Source: Methylobacter sp. (GTDB taxonomy: Bacteria; Pseudomonadota; Gammaproteobacteria; Methylococcales; Methylomonadaceae). From it: DNA of 64,000 nucleotides. The position numbers were made by a program, and so were the translations under genes. Positions within the stretch are counted from its first letter, which is position 1, and the number at the start of each line of letters is the position of its first letter. The stretch is from assembly GCA_030653985.1 (NCBI GenBank), contig JAURYJ010000086.1:16725-80724 (forward strand). The letters run 5' to 3'. The notes under the pieces were generated by a model. That model was not told the origin of the DNA. It was given only the letters and a program-made list of their open reading frames with translations, and did no database searches. Positions 8,403 to 18,636 of this stretch are shown piece after piece.

Positions 8403-10730
8403 ATGAGCAAGAATCTCGTCATTGTAGAATCGCCCGCAAAAGCCAAAACCATCGAAAAATATTTGGGTAAGGACTTTCAGGTTTTAGCCTCTTATGGACA
8501 CGTACGTGACCTGATCCCCAAAGAGGGCGCAGTTGACCCGAACAACGACTTCGCGATGAAATATGAAGTCATTGAGCGTAATCAAAAACATGTGCAAGCC
8601 ATTGCCAAAGCACTTAAAACCGCAGACACCTTATATCTGGCGACCGACCCTGATAGAGAAGGGGAAGCCATTTCCTGGCATTTACTGGAACTGCTGAAAG
8701 AAAAAAAACTACTGAAAGACAAGCCGGTGCATCGGGTCGTATTCCATGAAATTACCAAAAAAGCCGTCACCGACGCCATTGCCAATCCAGAACCATTAGC
8801 GATCAACTTGGTCAACGCCCAACAGGCTCGCCGCGCCTTGGATTATCTGGTCGGTTTTAACCTGTCGCCCTTGTTATGGAAAAAAATCCGCCGTGGTCTT
8901 TCTGCCGGCCGCGTACAAAGCCCTGCCTTGCGCATGATCGTCGAGCGCGAACTTGAAATCGAGGCCTTTAAAACTCGCGAATACTGGACCATCAATGCCG
9001 CATTGACGGCGCATGAACAAGTGTTTAAAGCCAAGTTGACCCAGTTTGACGACGAAAAAATCAGTCAATTCAGCATTACCGACGAACAGCTGGCCGAAAA
9101 AACCAAGCAAATCCTGTTGGATGCTGCTGATGGCCAATTAATGGTCGCCAAGCTGGAGAAAAAACAGCAAAAACGCAACCCTGCACCACCCTTTATCACC
9201 TCGACCCTGCAACAGGAAGCCTCGCGCAAACTGGGTTTTACCACCAAACGCACCATGATTGTGGCCCAGCAGCTTTATGAAGGTATCGATATCGGCGGCG
9301 AAACTGCAGGTTTAATCACCTACATGCGTACCGACTCGGTCAACCTGTCGGTAGATGCTGTCGAAGATATCCGTGCGCTGATTGCCGAAAACTACGGCGC
9401 TGACAATGTTCCTAAAGAACCCCGACTGTTTAAAACCAAATCAAAAAACGCTCAGGAAGCGCACGAAGCCATACGTCCAACCTATCCCCGATACTTGCCC
9501 AGCCAGATCAAAGACCAGCTGAGTATCGAACAGTTCAAGCTCTATGAACTGATCTGGAAACGCACCATCGCCTGCCAGATGATTCATGCCACGCTTAATA
9601 GGGTCGCCGTCGATTTAACCTGCGGCGACGGCAAGCATGTGTTCAGGGCAACTGGCTCAACAATTGCCACGCCGGGATTCATGACCGTCTATCTGGAAGG
9701 CAAAGATGACAGCACCGAGAGCGATGACAAGGAAAGTTTTCTGCCGCCGATGGAAGAAGGCCGCCCCGTCCAGCTCAACGATATTAATGCCGGACAGCAC
9801 TTTACCGAGCCACCACCTCGCTACGGCGAGGCCAGCCTGGTAAAATCTCTCGAAGAACATGGTATCGGAAGGCCGTCGACTTATGCGTCGATTATTTCGA
9901 CCCTGCAAAACCGTGAATACGTCACCTTGGACAGCAAACGCTTTTACCCGAGCGATGTCGGCAGAATCGTCAACAAATTCCTGACCGAACATTTCACCAA
10001 ATACGTCGATTACGATTTTACCGCTAACCTGGAAGATCAACTCGATGCAGTGTCGCGGGGAGAAAAAGACTGGGTTCCATTAATGCACGATTTTTGGAAA
10101 CCGTTCACTGCTTTGATTCATGAAAAGGAAGAAAGCGTCCATCGCAAAGATGTCACCCAGGAAGCCATCGATGAAAAATGTCCCGATTGCGACAGTCCGC
10201 TGTCGATTCGTTTAGGCCGGAATGGCCGGTTCATAGGTTGCACCAACTATCCCGAATGCTCCTATACCCGCAACCTGAACGATGATCCCGGCGCTAGCGA
10301 TGAACCCGAAATTGTAGAAGGTCGAACCTGCCCTAAATGCGAATCGCCTTTAGTGATCAAAGCCGGACGCTACGGCAAATTCATCGGTTGCAGCGGTTAT
10401 CCCCAATGCAAGCATATCGAGCCTTTGGAAAAGCCGCTGGATACCGGCGTTGAGTGTCCGCAATGCAAAAAAGGCAACATCCTCAAACGCAAGTCACGGA
10501 ACAGCAAAATATTTTATTCCTGTTCGGAATACCCAACATGCGATTACGCATTATGGAATGCGCCGATAAAAGAAAGTTGCCCGGAATGTGCGTGGCCTAT
10601 TTTGACCGTCAAAGAAACCAAACGGCGCGGTGTGGAAAAAGTTTGTCCGCAAAAAGACTGCAAATACGTAACGCCGTATGAAGGTGATCCTGCCGATGTG
10701 CAGGGACCTAAAGAACCTGGTGTATTGTAG
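8403..10730 (+). CDS. topA: DNA topoisomerase I
   Basis: LVIVESPAK, ATDPDREGE, SAGRVQSP, ITYMRTDS; C-terminal Zn ribbons. Confidence 0.98.
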   Translation: MSKNLVIVESPAKAKTIEKYLGKDFQVLASYGHVRDLIPKEGAVDPNNDFAMKYEVIERNQKHVQAIAKALKTADTLYLATDPDREGEAISWHLLELLKEKKLLKDKPVHRVVFHEITKKAVTDAIANPEPLAINLVNAQQARRALDYLVGFNLSPLLWKKIRRGLSAGRVQSPALRMIVERELEIEAFKTREYWTINAALTAHEQVFKAKLTQFDDEKISQFSITDEQLAEKTKQILLDAADGQLMVAKLEKKQQKRNPAPPFITSTLQQEASRKLGFTTKRTMIVAQQLYEGIDIGGETAGLITYMRTDSVNLSVDAVEDIRALIAENYGADNVPKEPRLFKTKSKNAQEAHEAIRPTYPRYLPSQIKDQLSIEQFKLYELIWKRTIACQMIHATLNRVAVDLTCGDGKHVFRATGSTIATPGFMTVYLEGKDDSTESDDKESFLPPMEEGRPVQLNDINAGQHFTEPPPRYGEASLVKSLEEHGIGRPSTYASIISTLQNREYVTLDSKRFYPSDVGRIVNKFLTEHFTKYVDYDFTANLEDQLDAVSRGEKDWVPLMHDFWKPFTALIHEKEESVHRKDVTQEAIDEKCPDCDSPLSIRLGRNGRFIGCTNYPECSYTRNLNDDPGASDEPEIVEGRTCPKCESPLVIKAGRYGKFIGCSGYPQCKHIEPLEKPLDTGVECPQCKKGNILKRKSRNSKIFYSCSEYPTCDYALWNAPIKESCPECAWPILTVKETKRRGVEKVCPQKDCKYVTPYEGDPADVQGPKEPGVL

Positions 10731-10890
10731 GGACGGATTCATTCACCTTTGGGCGGATAAATCCGCCCTTATATGGTTAACAAGCTTTTAAAGCGCCTAC
10801 ATTAAGCTGAAAACAGTTAAGGTTGAATATTTGTGGGCGCGAATTCATTCGCGCAGTAGGTTAAAAAAAATGCGAATGAATTCGCGTGCA
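10727..10890. repeat. REP-like palindrome cluster
   Basis: GTAGGGACGGATTCATTC..GGGCGGATAAATCCGCCC, whose GTAG supplies the topA stop, and a GCGCGAATTCATTCGCGC doublet like the core of the 5.2 kb and 31.5 kb elements. Confidence 0.75.
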
Positions 10891-10936
10891 CATAGATAAT
10901 CCAGCAGGAGCGGAGACTCGCTCCATAAACTTAAAA

Positions 10937-11494
10937 ATGCCCTCTCACTCCTCCTTTAAAATAAGAATCGCCGTCCGCCATATCAAAGCCGGAGCGGTGA
11001 TTGCTTACCCAACAGAAGCCGTCTACGGCTTGGGCTGCGACCCGCTCAACGAAGCTGCGGTAATGACCCTGCTCGGCATCAAACAGCGCCCGATAGCAAA
11101 AGGCCTGATTCTTATCGCCTCATCACTGGAGCAACTGCGCCCCTACCTCGCTTTAGATCAAGCCATTATCGACCGCATAACCCCCACATGGCCCGGTCCG
11201 GTCACCTGGATTATTCCGGCCCAGCCCTGGGTACCGAAATGGCTGACCGGCGAACATCAATCCTTGGCCGTCAGAGTAACCCATCACCGGATAGCCCGCG
11301 ACTTATGTGCCCAATTCGGCAGTCCGCTGGTATCCACCAGTGCCAACCCGACGACGCGACCCGCCATCAAGGAATCAAGAAAATTGCTCAAAACCTTTGC
11401 CAATGCCGATATTTTTATCGTTCATGGCAAAGTCGGTGAGTTGGCACAGGAAACTGCTATTTATGATGCGCTGAGCGGAAAGCGGTTGCGTTGA
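10937..11494 (+). CDS. tsaC: L-threonylcarbamoyladenylate synthase (Sua5/YrdC)
   Basis: IAYPTEAVYGLGC, KGLILIA, WPGPVT, STSAN motifs. Confidence 0.95.
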   Translation: MPSHSSFKIRIAVRHIKAGAVIAYPTEAVYGLGCDPLNEAAVMTLLGIKQRPIAKGLILIASSLEQLRPYLALDQAIIDRITPTWPGPVTWIIPAQPWVPKWLTGEHQSLAVRVTHHRIARDLCAQFGSPLVSTSANPTTRPAIKESRKLLKTFANADIFIVHGKVGELAQETAIYDALSGKRLR

Positions 11495-11556
11495 CCCGAA
11501 ATATGCAGTGTTCGGAGTTTTGCATCGCTTTTAAGCTGGAGTGGAGAGCAGTAAAT

Positions 11557-11811
11557 TCAGCTGTTTGTTCGCTGTAATGCTTTGTTGGCAGCCAATTCTT
11601 CAAGGCGCTCAGCTAACCATACTTTTATGATGGACTGACGCGTTACACCGATCCGATCAGCTTCTTTATCCAATGATTCGATCATCCAAGCGGGAAAGTC
11701 AACATTCACGCGCTTCTGATCGTGCATGGTTCTCTTTGCTTTGGATAAGTCTAAAACATTCAGAATATCATCACCTTCATCAAATTTTTTATCGAATTCA
11801 TCAGCTTTCAT
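11557..11811 (-). CDS. BrnA-type / CopG ribbon-helix-helix antitoxin
   Basis: MKADEFDKKFDEG..RVNVDFPAWM..IGVTRQSIIKVW; overlaps the upstream toxin gene. Confidence 0.85.
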   Translation of the reverse strand: MKADEFDKKFDEGDDILNVLDLSKAKRTMHDQKRVNVDFPAWMIESLDKEADRIGVTRQSIIKVWLAERLEELAANKALQRTNS

Positions 11812-12064
11812 ATAAGGCTACCTCTTCTTTTCGTGACCGACGTACGGACACAATTCTTATGCAATCATTTCGGTACGTGATCACGCCAGACCAATGTTTT
11901 CCGTCAATCACACTAATAACCAAGAAACGAGGTTCATCTGCTGTTTTCGCCGGAATTTCAAGCAGGTCAGCATCATCCCAAAGCTGCTGGGCATCCACAA
12001 AATCAATGCCATGCTTTTCGAGATTTGAGTGACTCTTGTTCTCATCAAATTCAAACTTAATCAT
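11801..12064 (-). CDS. BrnT family ribonuclease toxin
   Basis: FEFDENKS..NLEKHGIDF and IRIVSVRRS motifs; start moved to the ATG at 12064. Confidence 0.88.
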   Translation of the reverse strand: MIKFEFDENKSHSNLEKHGIDFVDAQQLWDDADLLEIPAKTADEPRFLVISVIDGKHWSGVITYRNDCIRIVSVRRSRKEEVALYES

Positions 12065-12184
12065 GGTATAAAAAATATACCCAAATAACCCGTATGGCAA
12101 GTACCCTGCGATGAGAGCTAAAAGCAGCATCAGCAATAGACAAAATAGCCCGTAGGATCCGCTGAGTTACGAAGCGCATCAAAA

Positions 12185-13465
<1,281 letters not shown>

Positions 13466-13507
13466 TTACCTTTGTAAAGAATATATTCCATGAAGGAATG
13501 TTGAATG

Positions 13508-13531
13508 TAGAGACGCGATTTATCGCGTCTT
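13508..13531. repeat. GTAG-type REP palindrome
   Basis: GTAGAGACGCGATTTATCGCGTCT. Confidence 0.7.
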
Positions 13532-13647
13532 TAAAAAAATTAAGCAGTTGAATCGATATGGCTGATCGCTAACCATCTGAGCTATATCTTTATCGCCTTC
13601 GACCACATAGATTGTCAATCTGTTCTGTATTTCTCGTAGTTTGTTGA

Positions 13648-15285
13648 TCAATTATGAGGTAAAGCCAGCTCATCCTCCACGACCAAAACCGGTATCGCAC
13701 TGCTTTCCAGCACTGCTCGAGACACTGACCCGACCAATACTTCATCCAGGGGACGATGACCGCGTTTGCCGATGACGATTTCCGACACATCATTATCTTG
13801 AGCGCTGCGTATAATTTCTTCAGGCACAGAGCCATTGGCTATGACAAATCGATAACGGATATCTGCCAGGATTCGTTTCGCCTGATGGCGGAGTTGCTCG
13901 CTCCCTTCAGGATCATCTATCCGAATGACATGAAGCACGACCACCTCGGCATCGCTGCGACGGGCCAACTCCGCCGATTTGGTCAGCACTTGGGTCGCCA
14001 AGGCAGAGGTGTCGACGGCTGCCAGCAATACAATACGCCGCGACACCGAAACTTTGGTAGGGTCAACCTCACCCCGCTCCAAAAGTTTTGGTGCAAATAA
14101 GGGGGTAGACCAAGCTCCAAGCGGGGCTGTTACCAAAATCGAGAGGGCTGCTATGGCAAGAATCGTTTCACCCCCGTCTATGCCTAGGGCCAAAGGAATT
14201 GCACCGATCGCTGCCTGTACCGTTGCCTTAGCAGAATTTCCAGGGAGCAAAAATAGCCGCTCTTTCCACGTCCAGTTACTGCCTAGAGTTGAGAGATACC
14301 AGCCAATGGAACGCCCGGCCAAAAGACCTATTGCTAGTACGGCTAACCCAATCAGAAAGGTATTACCGAGCACTTCAAGCTGAATACTGGCTCCCAACAG
14401 CACAAAGAGAATGATCTCAGCAACCACCCATAAACTGTCAAAGCCACTGCGTAATCGTCGCGCTAACGGCGCATCCATCTCAATCATGAAAAAGCCAGTC
14501 ATCATGACCGCCAAATAACCAGAAAACACAGGAAAATCTTCCGCCATGACGACCAGCAACAGGGCAAAACCTGCGGCAACCAACGCATCCTGCACCGCAT
14601 TTTGCGTCCAGTTTTGCTTGGCTAATAATGAGACCAACAGACGGGCTGCAAACCATCCCAGCAAGACCCCTAAACCAATTTGGAGAACGATTTGAAGCGG
14701 CAGCAATTGCAATGGGGTTAGGGTTAATCCACCCGGCAAGGTTATTCCCACCTCGGCACTTTGAGACAAAAACGCCACCAGTAAACTAAAGACCAGCAAA
14801 AGCAAGACATCGGACAGCGCGCTTCCGGTTAATATGGCATCAGGAATCCCTTTCTTAACTCCCCATCCTAGACTCTTTAAGCGCAACATCCCTGGCACGA
14901 TAACGGCGGGAGATTCCGCACCAATAATGCAACCCAGCAAAAGCCCCGTGACAAAGTCAAACTGAAGCAGCCACATCGAAGCAAACGCAATGGCGATCGC
15001 CTCACAAGCCCCAGGAAAAAAGCCCAATCGCAATGCTACGCTACCTTGCTGAGCCAGCTTTTCCCGATCAAGCCCTAACCCAGCCTTCATTAAAATCACC
15101 ATGACGGCGATCACGCGCAGAGAATCTGCTGCGCCTAAAACCTCTGGCGCAATCACATTTCCCACATGGGGGCCAAGCACAACGCCGACCAACGCCATAC
15201 CTACCAGTGCAGGAACTCGCAGTCGTCGGGCAATTTGCCCAACGAAAAAGCCCATCAACAAAATCCAGATAATACTCTCTAACAT
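13648..15285 (-). CDS. Cation:proton antiporter (CPA/NHA-like) fused to a C-terminal universal stress protein domain
   Basis: About 12 TM helices with ESPAVIVP and KATVQAAIG motifs; C-terminal LAAVD..IVIGKRG..GSVSRAVL..IPVLVV USP signature. Confidence 0.88.
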   Translation of the reverse strand: MLESIIWILLMGFFVGQIARRLRVPALVGMALVGVVLGPHVGNVIAPEVLGAADSLRVIAVMVILMKAGLGLDREKLAQQGSVALRLGFFPGACEAIAIAFASMWLLQFDFVTGLLLGCIIGAESPAVIVPGMLRLKSLGWGVKKGIPDAILTGSALSDVLLLLVFSLLVAFLSQSAEVGITLPGGLTLTPLQLLPLQIVLQIGLGVLLGWFAARLLVSLLAKQNWTQNAVQDALVAAGFALLLVVMAEDFPVFSGYLAVMMTGFFMIEMDAPLARRLRSGFDSLWVVAEIILFVLLGASIQLEVLGNTFLIGLAVLAIGLLAGRSIGWYLSTLGSNWTWKERLFLLPGNSAKATVQAAIGAIPLALGIDGGETILAIAALSILVTAPLGAWSTPLFAPKLLERGEVDPTKVSVSRRIVLLAAVDTSALATQVLTKSAELARRSDAEVVVLHVIRIDDPEGSEQLRHQAKRILADIRYRFVIANGSVPEEIIRSAQDNDVSEIVIGKRGHRPLDEVLVGSVSRAVLESSAIPVLVVEDELALPHN

Positions 15286-15388
15286 AACGCCACATTGCAG
15301 TTGAATTGGTTAATTAACATGACTTGTAGCGACAGAATTGCTTCAGTCCATGCATGTACACCCTTAAGCTTGGGCTACAAGTCGAAAC

Positions 15389-15463
15389 AGTAGGAGCCAT
15401 CAGCCAAATGCGTTGTGATAATGCTAAAAACGCTAAGCGATTTCGGCGAGCTCCATCGCCATC
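15389..15463 (-). ncRNA. Fluoride riboswitch (crcB motif)
   Basis: Minus strand reads GGCGATGGAGCTCGCC-GAAA-(P2)-GCTGATGGCTCCTAC, matching the fluoride aptamer consensus including the GGAG/CTCC pseudoknot; about 105 nt upstream of the antiporter ATG. Confidence 0.88.
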
Positions 15464-15494
15464 ATTTCTTTCTTAAATCATCCCTGTGCCAACA

Positions 15495-15553
15495 GCATAG
15501 CTATCTATACAAGTTATTTGCCCATTGTCGCGATAAGGGTAGATACTTATGGC
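15495..15553. repeat. Short remnant of the GCATAGCTATCTACACAA MITE family
   Basis: GCATAGCTATCTATACAAG plus a degenerate right end GTAGATACTTATG. Confidence 0.6.
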
Positions 15554-15603
15554 CTACATGTCTACGTAGCCGTATTTAGGAAAGATGTCTACTGATTTAC
15601 AAA

Positions 15604-16149
15604 CTAAATCTTAATGAAGTGCTCGCGGTAATAACGTAGTTCTTCAATTGATTCGATAATGTCGTCCAAAGCCTGATGCGTGGACTGTTTTTTAAAGCCG
15701 TCTTTGACGTCGGGCGCCCATCTCGCGGCCAATTCTTTTAGCGTTGATACATCGATATTGCGATAATGAAAATACGCTTCCAGTTTGGGCATATAGCGAT
15801 ACAAAAAGCGCCTGTCCTGACCGATGCTGTTGCCGCAAATCGGCGAGGTATTTTCCGGCACCCACTGCTTTAAAAATTCAATCGTTTGCTGTTCGGCTTC
15901 CGCGGTATCGATAGCGGAAGCCTTGACGCGCTGGATCAAGCCGGATTGCCCGTGATGGTGCTGATTCCACTCATCCATTGCCGCCAAGGCCGCATCGGAT
16001 TGATGTACAGCAAGCACCGGGCCTTGGGCCAGAATATTCAAATTGTTGTCGGTGACAATCGTAGCAATCTCAATAATCGAATCATTGTCAGGATTAAGTC
16101 CGGTCATTTCAAGATCTATCCAGATAAGATGCGTGGAGTCCTGCGCCAT
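15604..16149 (-). CDS. orn: Oligoribonuclease
   Basis: [29 protein letters not shown]. Confidence 0.97.
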   Translation of the reverse strand: MAQDSTHLIWIDLEMTGLNPDNDSIIEIATIVTDNNLNILAQGPVLAVHQSDAALAAMDEWNQHHHGQSGLIQRVKASAIDTAEAEQQTIEFLKQWVPENTSPICGNSIGQDRRFLYRYMPKLEAYFHYRNIDVSTLKELAARWAPDVKDGFKKQSTHQALDDIIESIEELRYYREHFIKI

Positions 16150-16238
16150 TTATTGATTCCGTTGTATAGAAGGGGGCGGTTAGTGTAGCATTGGCTAATC
16201 TGTACGTCTAACTCTTAAACTTTGAAGAAATTCCGCTT

Positions 16239-17486
16239 ATGAACAGCTTTACCATCGTCTTTTTAATCGCGCTAACCCTTTCTTTTTCAGTGCAGTTTTG
16301 GCTGGCTCAACGGCACGCCGCTTACGTTGCCAGGCACCGCTTTGCCGTGCCTGAAGCCTTTAAAAATACTGTCTCGCTGGAAGCTCACCAAAAAGCGGCC
16401 GACTACACCCTGGAAAAAAGCAAGTTGGGCAACATAGACAGCATCGTCGGCGTTATTTTTCTGTTGCTGCTGACCCTCGGCGGCGGCATTAATTTGGCTT
16501 TTGAATTTTGGGCATCCTCGATTGCCAGCCCTTTACTGGCCGGATTGGCCGCAGTAGCCAGCGTTTTTCTGTTTATGACCCTGGTTGAAATTCCCACCAG
16601 CGTCTACCAAACCTTTGTGATTGAAGAAAAATTCGGTTTTAACAAAAGCACCCCGCAACGCTTCATCAAGGATCAACTGTTGCAGCTGGCTTTAGTCACC
16701 GTTATCGGCATGCCGTTACTGGCGTTAATCCTATGGGTCATGGACAGCATAGGTTCGCTGTGGTGGTTATGGGCCTGGGGCATACTGATCAGTTTTTCGC
16801 TGCTGATGAGCTGGCTATTTCCTACCGTGATCGCTCCGTTATTCAATAAATTCACCCCGATGGAAGACGGCTCGTTAAAAGACCGGATTCAGGGCTTGCT
16901 TAGCCGTTGCGGCTTTAACAGCAACGGCATCTTCATTATGGATGGCTCCAAGCGCTCCGGTCACGGCAACGCCTATTTCACCGGTCTTGGCAACAACAAG
17001 CGCATCGTGTTTTTCGACACCTTAATCAGCTCTTTGGACGATGAAGAACTGGAAGCGATACTGGCTCACGAACTGGGACATTTCAAGTGCAAACACACGA
17101 TCAAAATGATGGTTGCCACGGCAATTATGAGCCTGATCAGTTTTGCTATTTTAGGCTGGCTGATCAATCAGCCATGGTTCTACAACGGACTCGGCGTAGC
17201 ACAGCCGTCACATGCCGCAGCGCTGTTGTTATTCATGCTGGTATCGTCATCGTTTACCTTTTTTATGCAGCCGATCAGCGCCTATTTTCAACGCAAATTC
17301 GAATTCGAAGCCGATGACTTTGCCTCCAGCCATGCCAAGGCCGAAAAACTGATCAGCTCGCTGGTTAAGCTGTACGAAGAAAACGCCAGCACCTTGACGC
17401 CAGACCCTTTGTATTCAGCGTTCCATTACAGCCACCCGCCGGCGGCTATTCGTATTGCCAATTTGGAATCTAAAATACGTGTCTGA
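16239..17486 (+). CDS. M48 family (Ste24-like) membrane zinc metalloprotease
   Basis: DGSKRSGHGNAYFTG, HELGH, EFEAD, YSHPP; multiple TM helices. Confidence 0.93.
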   Translation: MNSFTIVFLIALTLSFSVQFWLAQRHAAYVARHRFAVPEAFKNTVSLEAHQKAADYTLEKSKLGNIDSIVGVIFLLLLTLGGGINLAFEFWASSIASPLLAGLAAVASVFLFMTLVEIPTSVYQTFVIEEKFGFNKSTPQRFIKDQLLQLALVTVIGMPLLALILWVMDSIGSLWWLWAWGILISFSLLMSWLFPTVIAPLFNKFTPMEDGSLKDRIQGLLSRCGFNSNGIFIMDGSKRSGHGNAYFTGLGNNKRIVFFDTLISSLDDEELEAILAHELGHFKCKHTIKMMVATAIMSLISFAILGWLINQPWFYNGLGVAQPSHAAALLLFMLVSSSFTFFMQPISAYFQRKFEFEADDFASSHAKAEKLISSLVKLYEENASTLTPDPLYSAFHYSHPPAAIRIANLESKIRV

Positions 17487-18366
17487 GTTAATGGAAGGCC
17501 TGGTTATTTCCCATTTAGGTCAGGGTATTGCAGTTGAACATGACGGCAAGATTATGCTGTGCCAAACCCTGAGGAAGCTTGAAACCGTCGCCGTGGGCGA
17601 CCGGGTTTTATGGACGCAATCCTCGCCCGATCAAGGCCGCATAGAAGAAATCCTGCCCCGGCGTTCGTTATTGATGCGTCCGTCCAGAAACGGCAAAACC
17701 CGTCCGGTTGCCGCCAATATCGACACCGTGTTTGTGGTCTTTGCGATCGAGCCTTTCTGCGATTTTTTGCTGATAGACCAGTATCTGGCGATTTGCGAAA
17801 ACCGCAATATCGATGCCGCACTGGTGTTGAATAAAACCGATCTGCCGCAATCGGCGGACATTGAAAAAGAACTGTTGGCCTACACAGATCTAGGCTATGC
17901 ACTGTACCGGGTCAGCGCCACAGCGGCGTCGGGTCTGGATGAACTCAAACTGGCGCTAAAAGATCAAGTCAGTATTTTAGCGGGACAATCCGGCGTCGGT
18001 AAATCATCGCTAACCAACGCCATCATTCCCGACAAGGAGCTAAAAACCAACACCGTATCGGCAACCACCAAACACGGACGCCATACCACCACGGCGGCGA
18101 CGCTGTATCACATGGCCCAAGGCGGCGATTTAATCGATAGCCCCGGCGTTGCCATTTTCGGACTGGCCGGTCTATCCGAACAACAATTAGCTTACGGTTA
18201 CCGTGAATTTCAGCCGTTGATTGAGCAATGCCAGTTTAAGAACTGCCGTCATCTGGTTGACAAGGGTTGCGCAGTGCGTCCAGCTGCCGAAAACGGCGAT
18301 ATTTCGATGACCCGGTATCAGCGGTTTTTAAAACTGAGAGAAAAAATGCCAACAACCTATGTCTGA
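17479..18366 (+). CDS. rsgA: Ribosome small subunit-dependent GTPase A
   Basis: NKTD, GQSGVGKS, GRHTTT, DSPG, CQFKNCRH..GC Zn finger; start GTG 17479 or ATG 17491. Confidence 0.95.
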   Translation: MSELMEGLVISHLGQGIAVEHDGKIMLCQTLRKLETVAVGDRVLWTQSSPDQGRIEEILPRRSLLMRPSRNGKTRPVAANIDTVFVVFAIEPFCDFLLIDQYLAICENRNIDAALVLNKTDLPQSADIEKELLAYTDLGYALYRVSATAASGLDELKLALKDQVSILAGQSGVGKSSLTNAIIPDKELKTNTVSATTKHGRHTTTAATLYHMAQGGDLIDSPGVAIFGLAGLSEQQLAYGYREFQPLIEQCQFKNCRHLVDKGCAVRPAAENGDISMTRYQRFLKLREKMPTTYV

Positions 18367-18636
18367 AGCGTCATGGGCAAAAAGGAGTGACTGACGGTGA
18401 ACTTGTTACAGCGGGTTATAACCAAGATTATCGGTGGCAAACAAAGTCATATCTACTTACAATACGCGGTTGAATTTTGTCTTTTATGAAATGCATCCCT
18501 GTATGTCACCCTTCGAGCCAGCCGTTGACTGTTCAAATTCGCTCCAGACGAATTTGTCGGTAACCATGTAAGCACAGATAAAGCCTGTTTTTTATGCTGG
18601 CGGTATGAACAATCGAACTAATCAAACACGAGAACT

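Noticed and set aside
10886-10936. N-terminal extension of TsaC (likewise the longer starts given for petA, LysM, BrnT, MshE, CcmG)
   Set aside because: Upstream GTG/TTG/ATG starts fall in repeat or intergenic DNA or inside the neighbouring gene; downstream ATGs fit family N-termini and gene overlaps better.
18490-18560. tRNA or tRNA remnant (contains GTTCAAATTC)
   Set aside because: No cloverleaf, acceptor stem or CCA; more likely a dispersed palindromic repeat.
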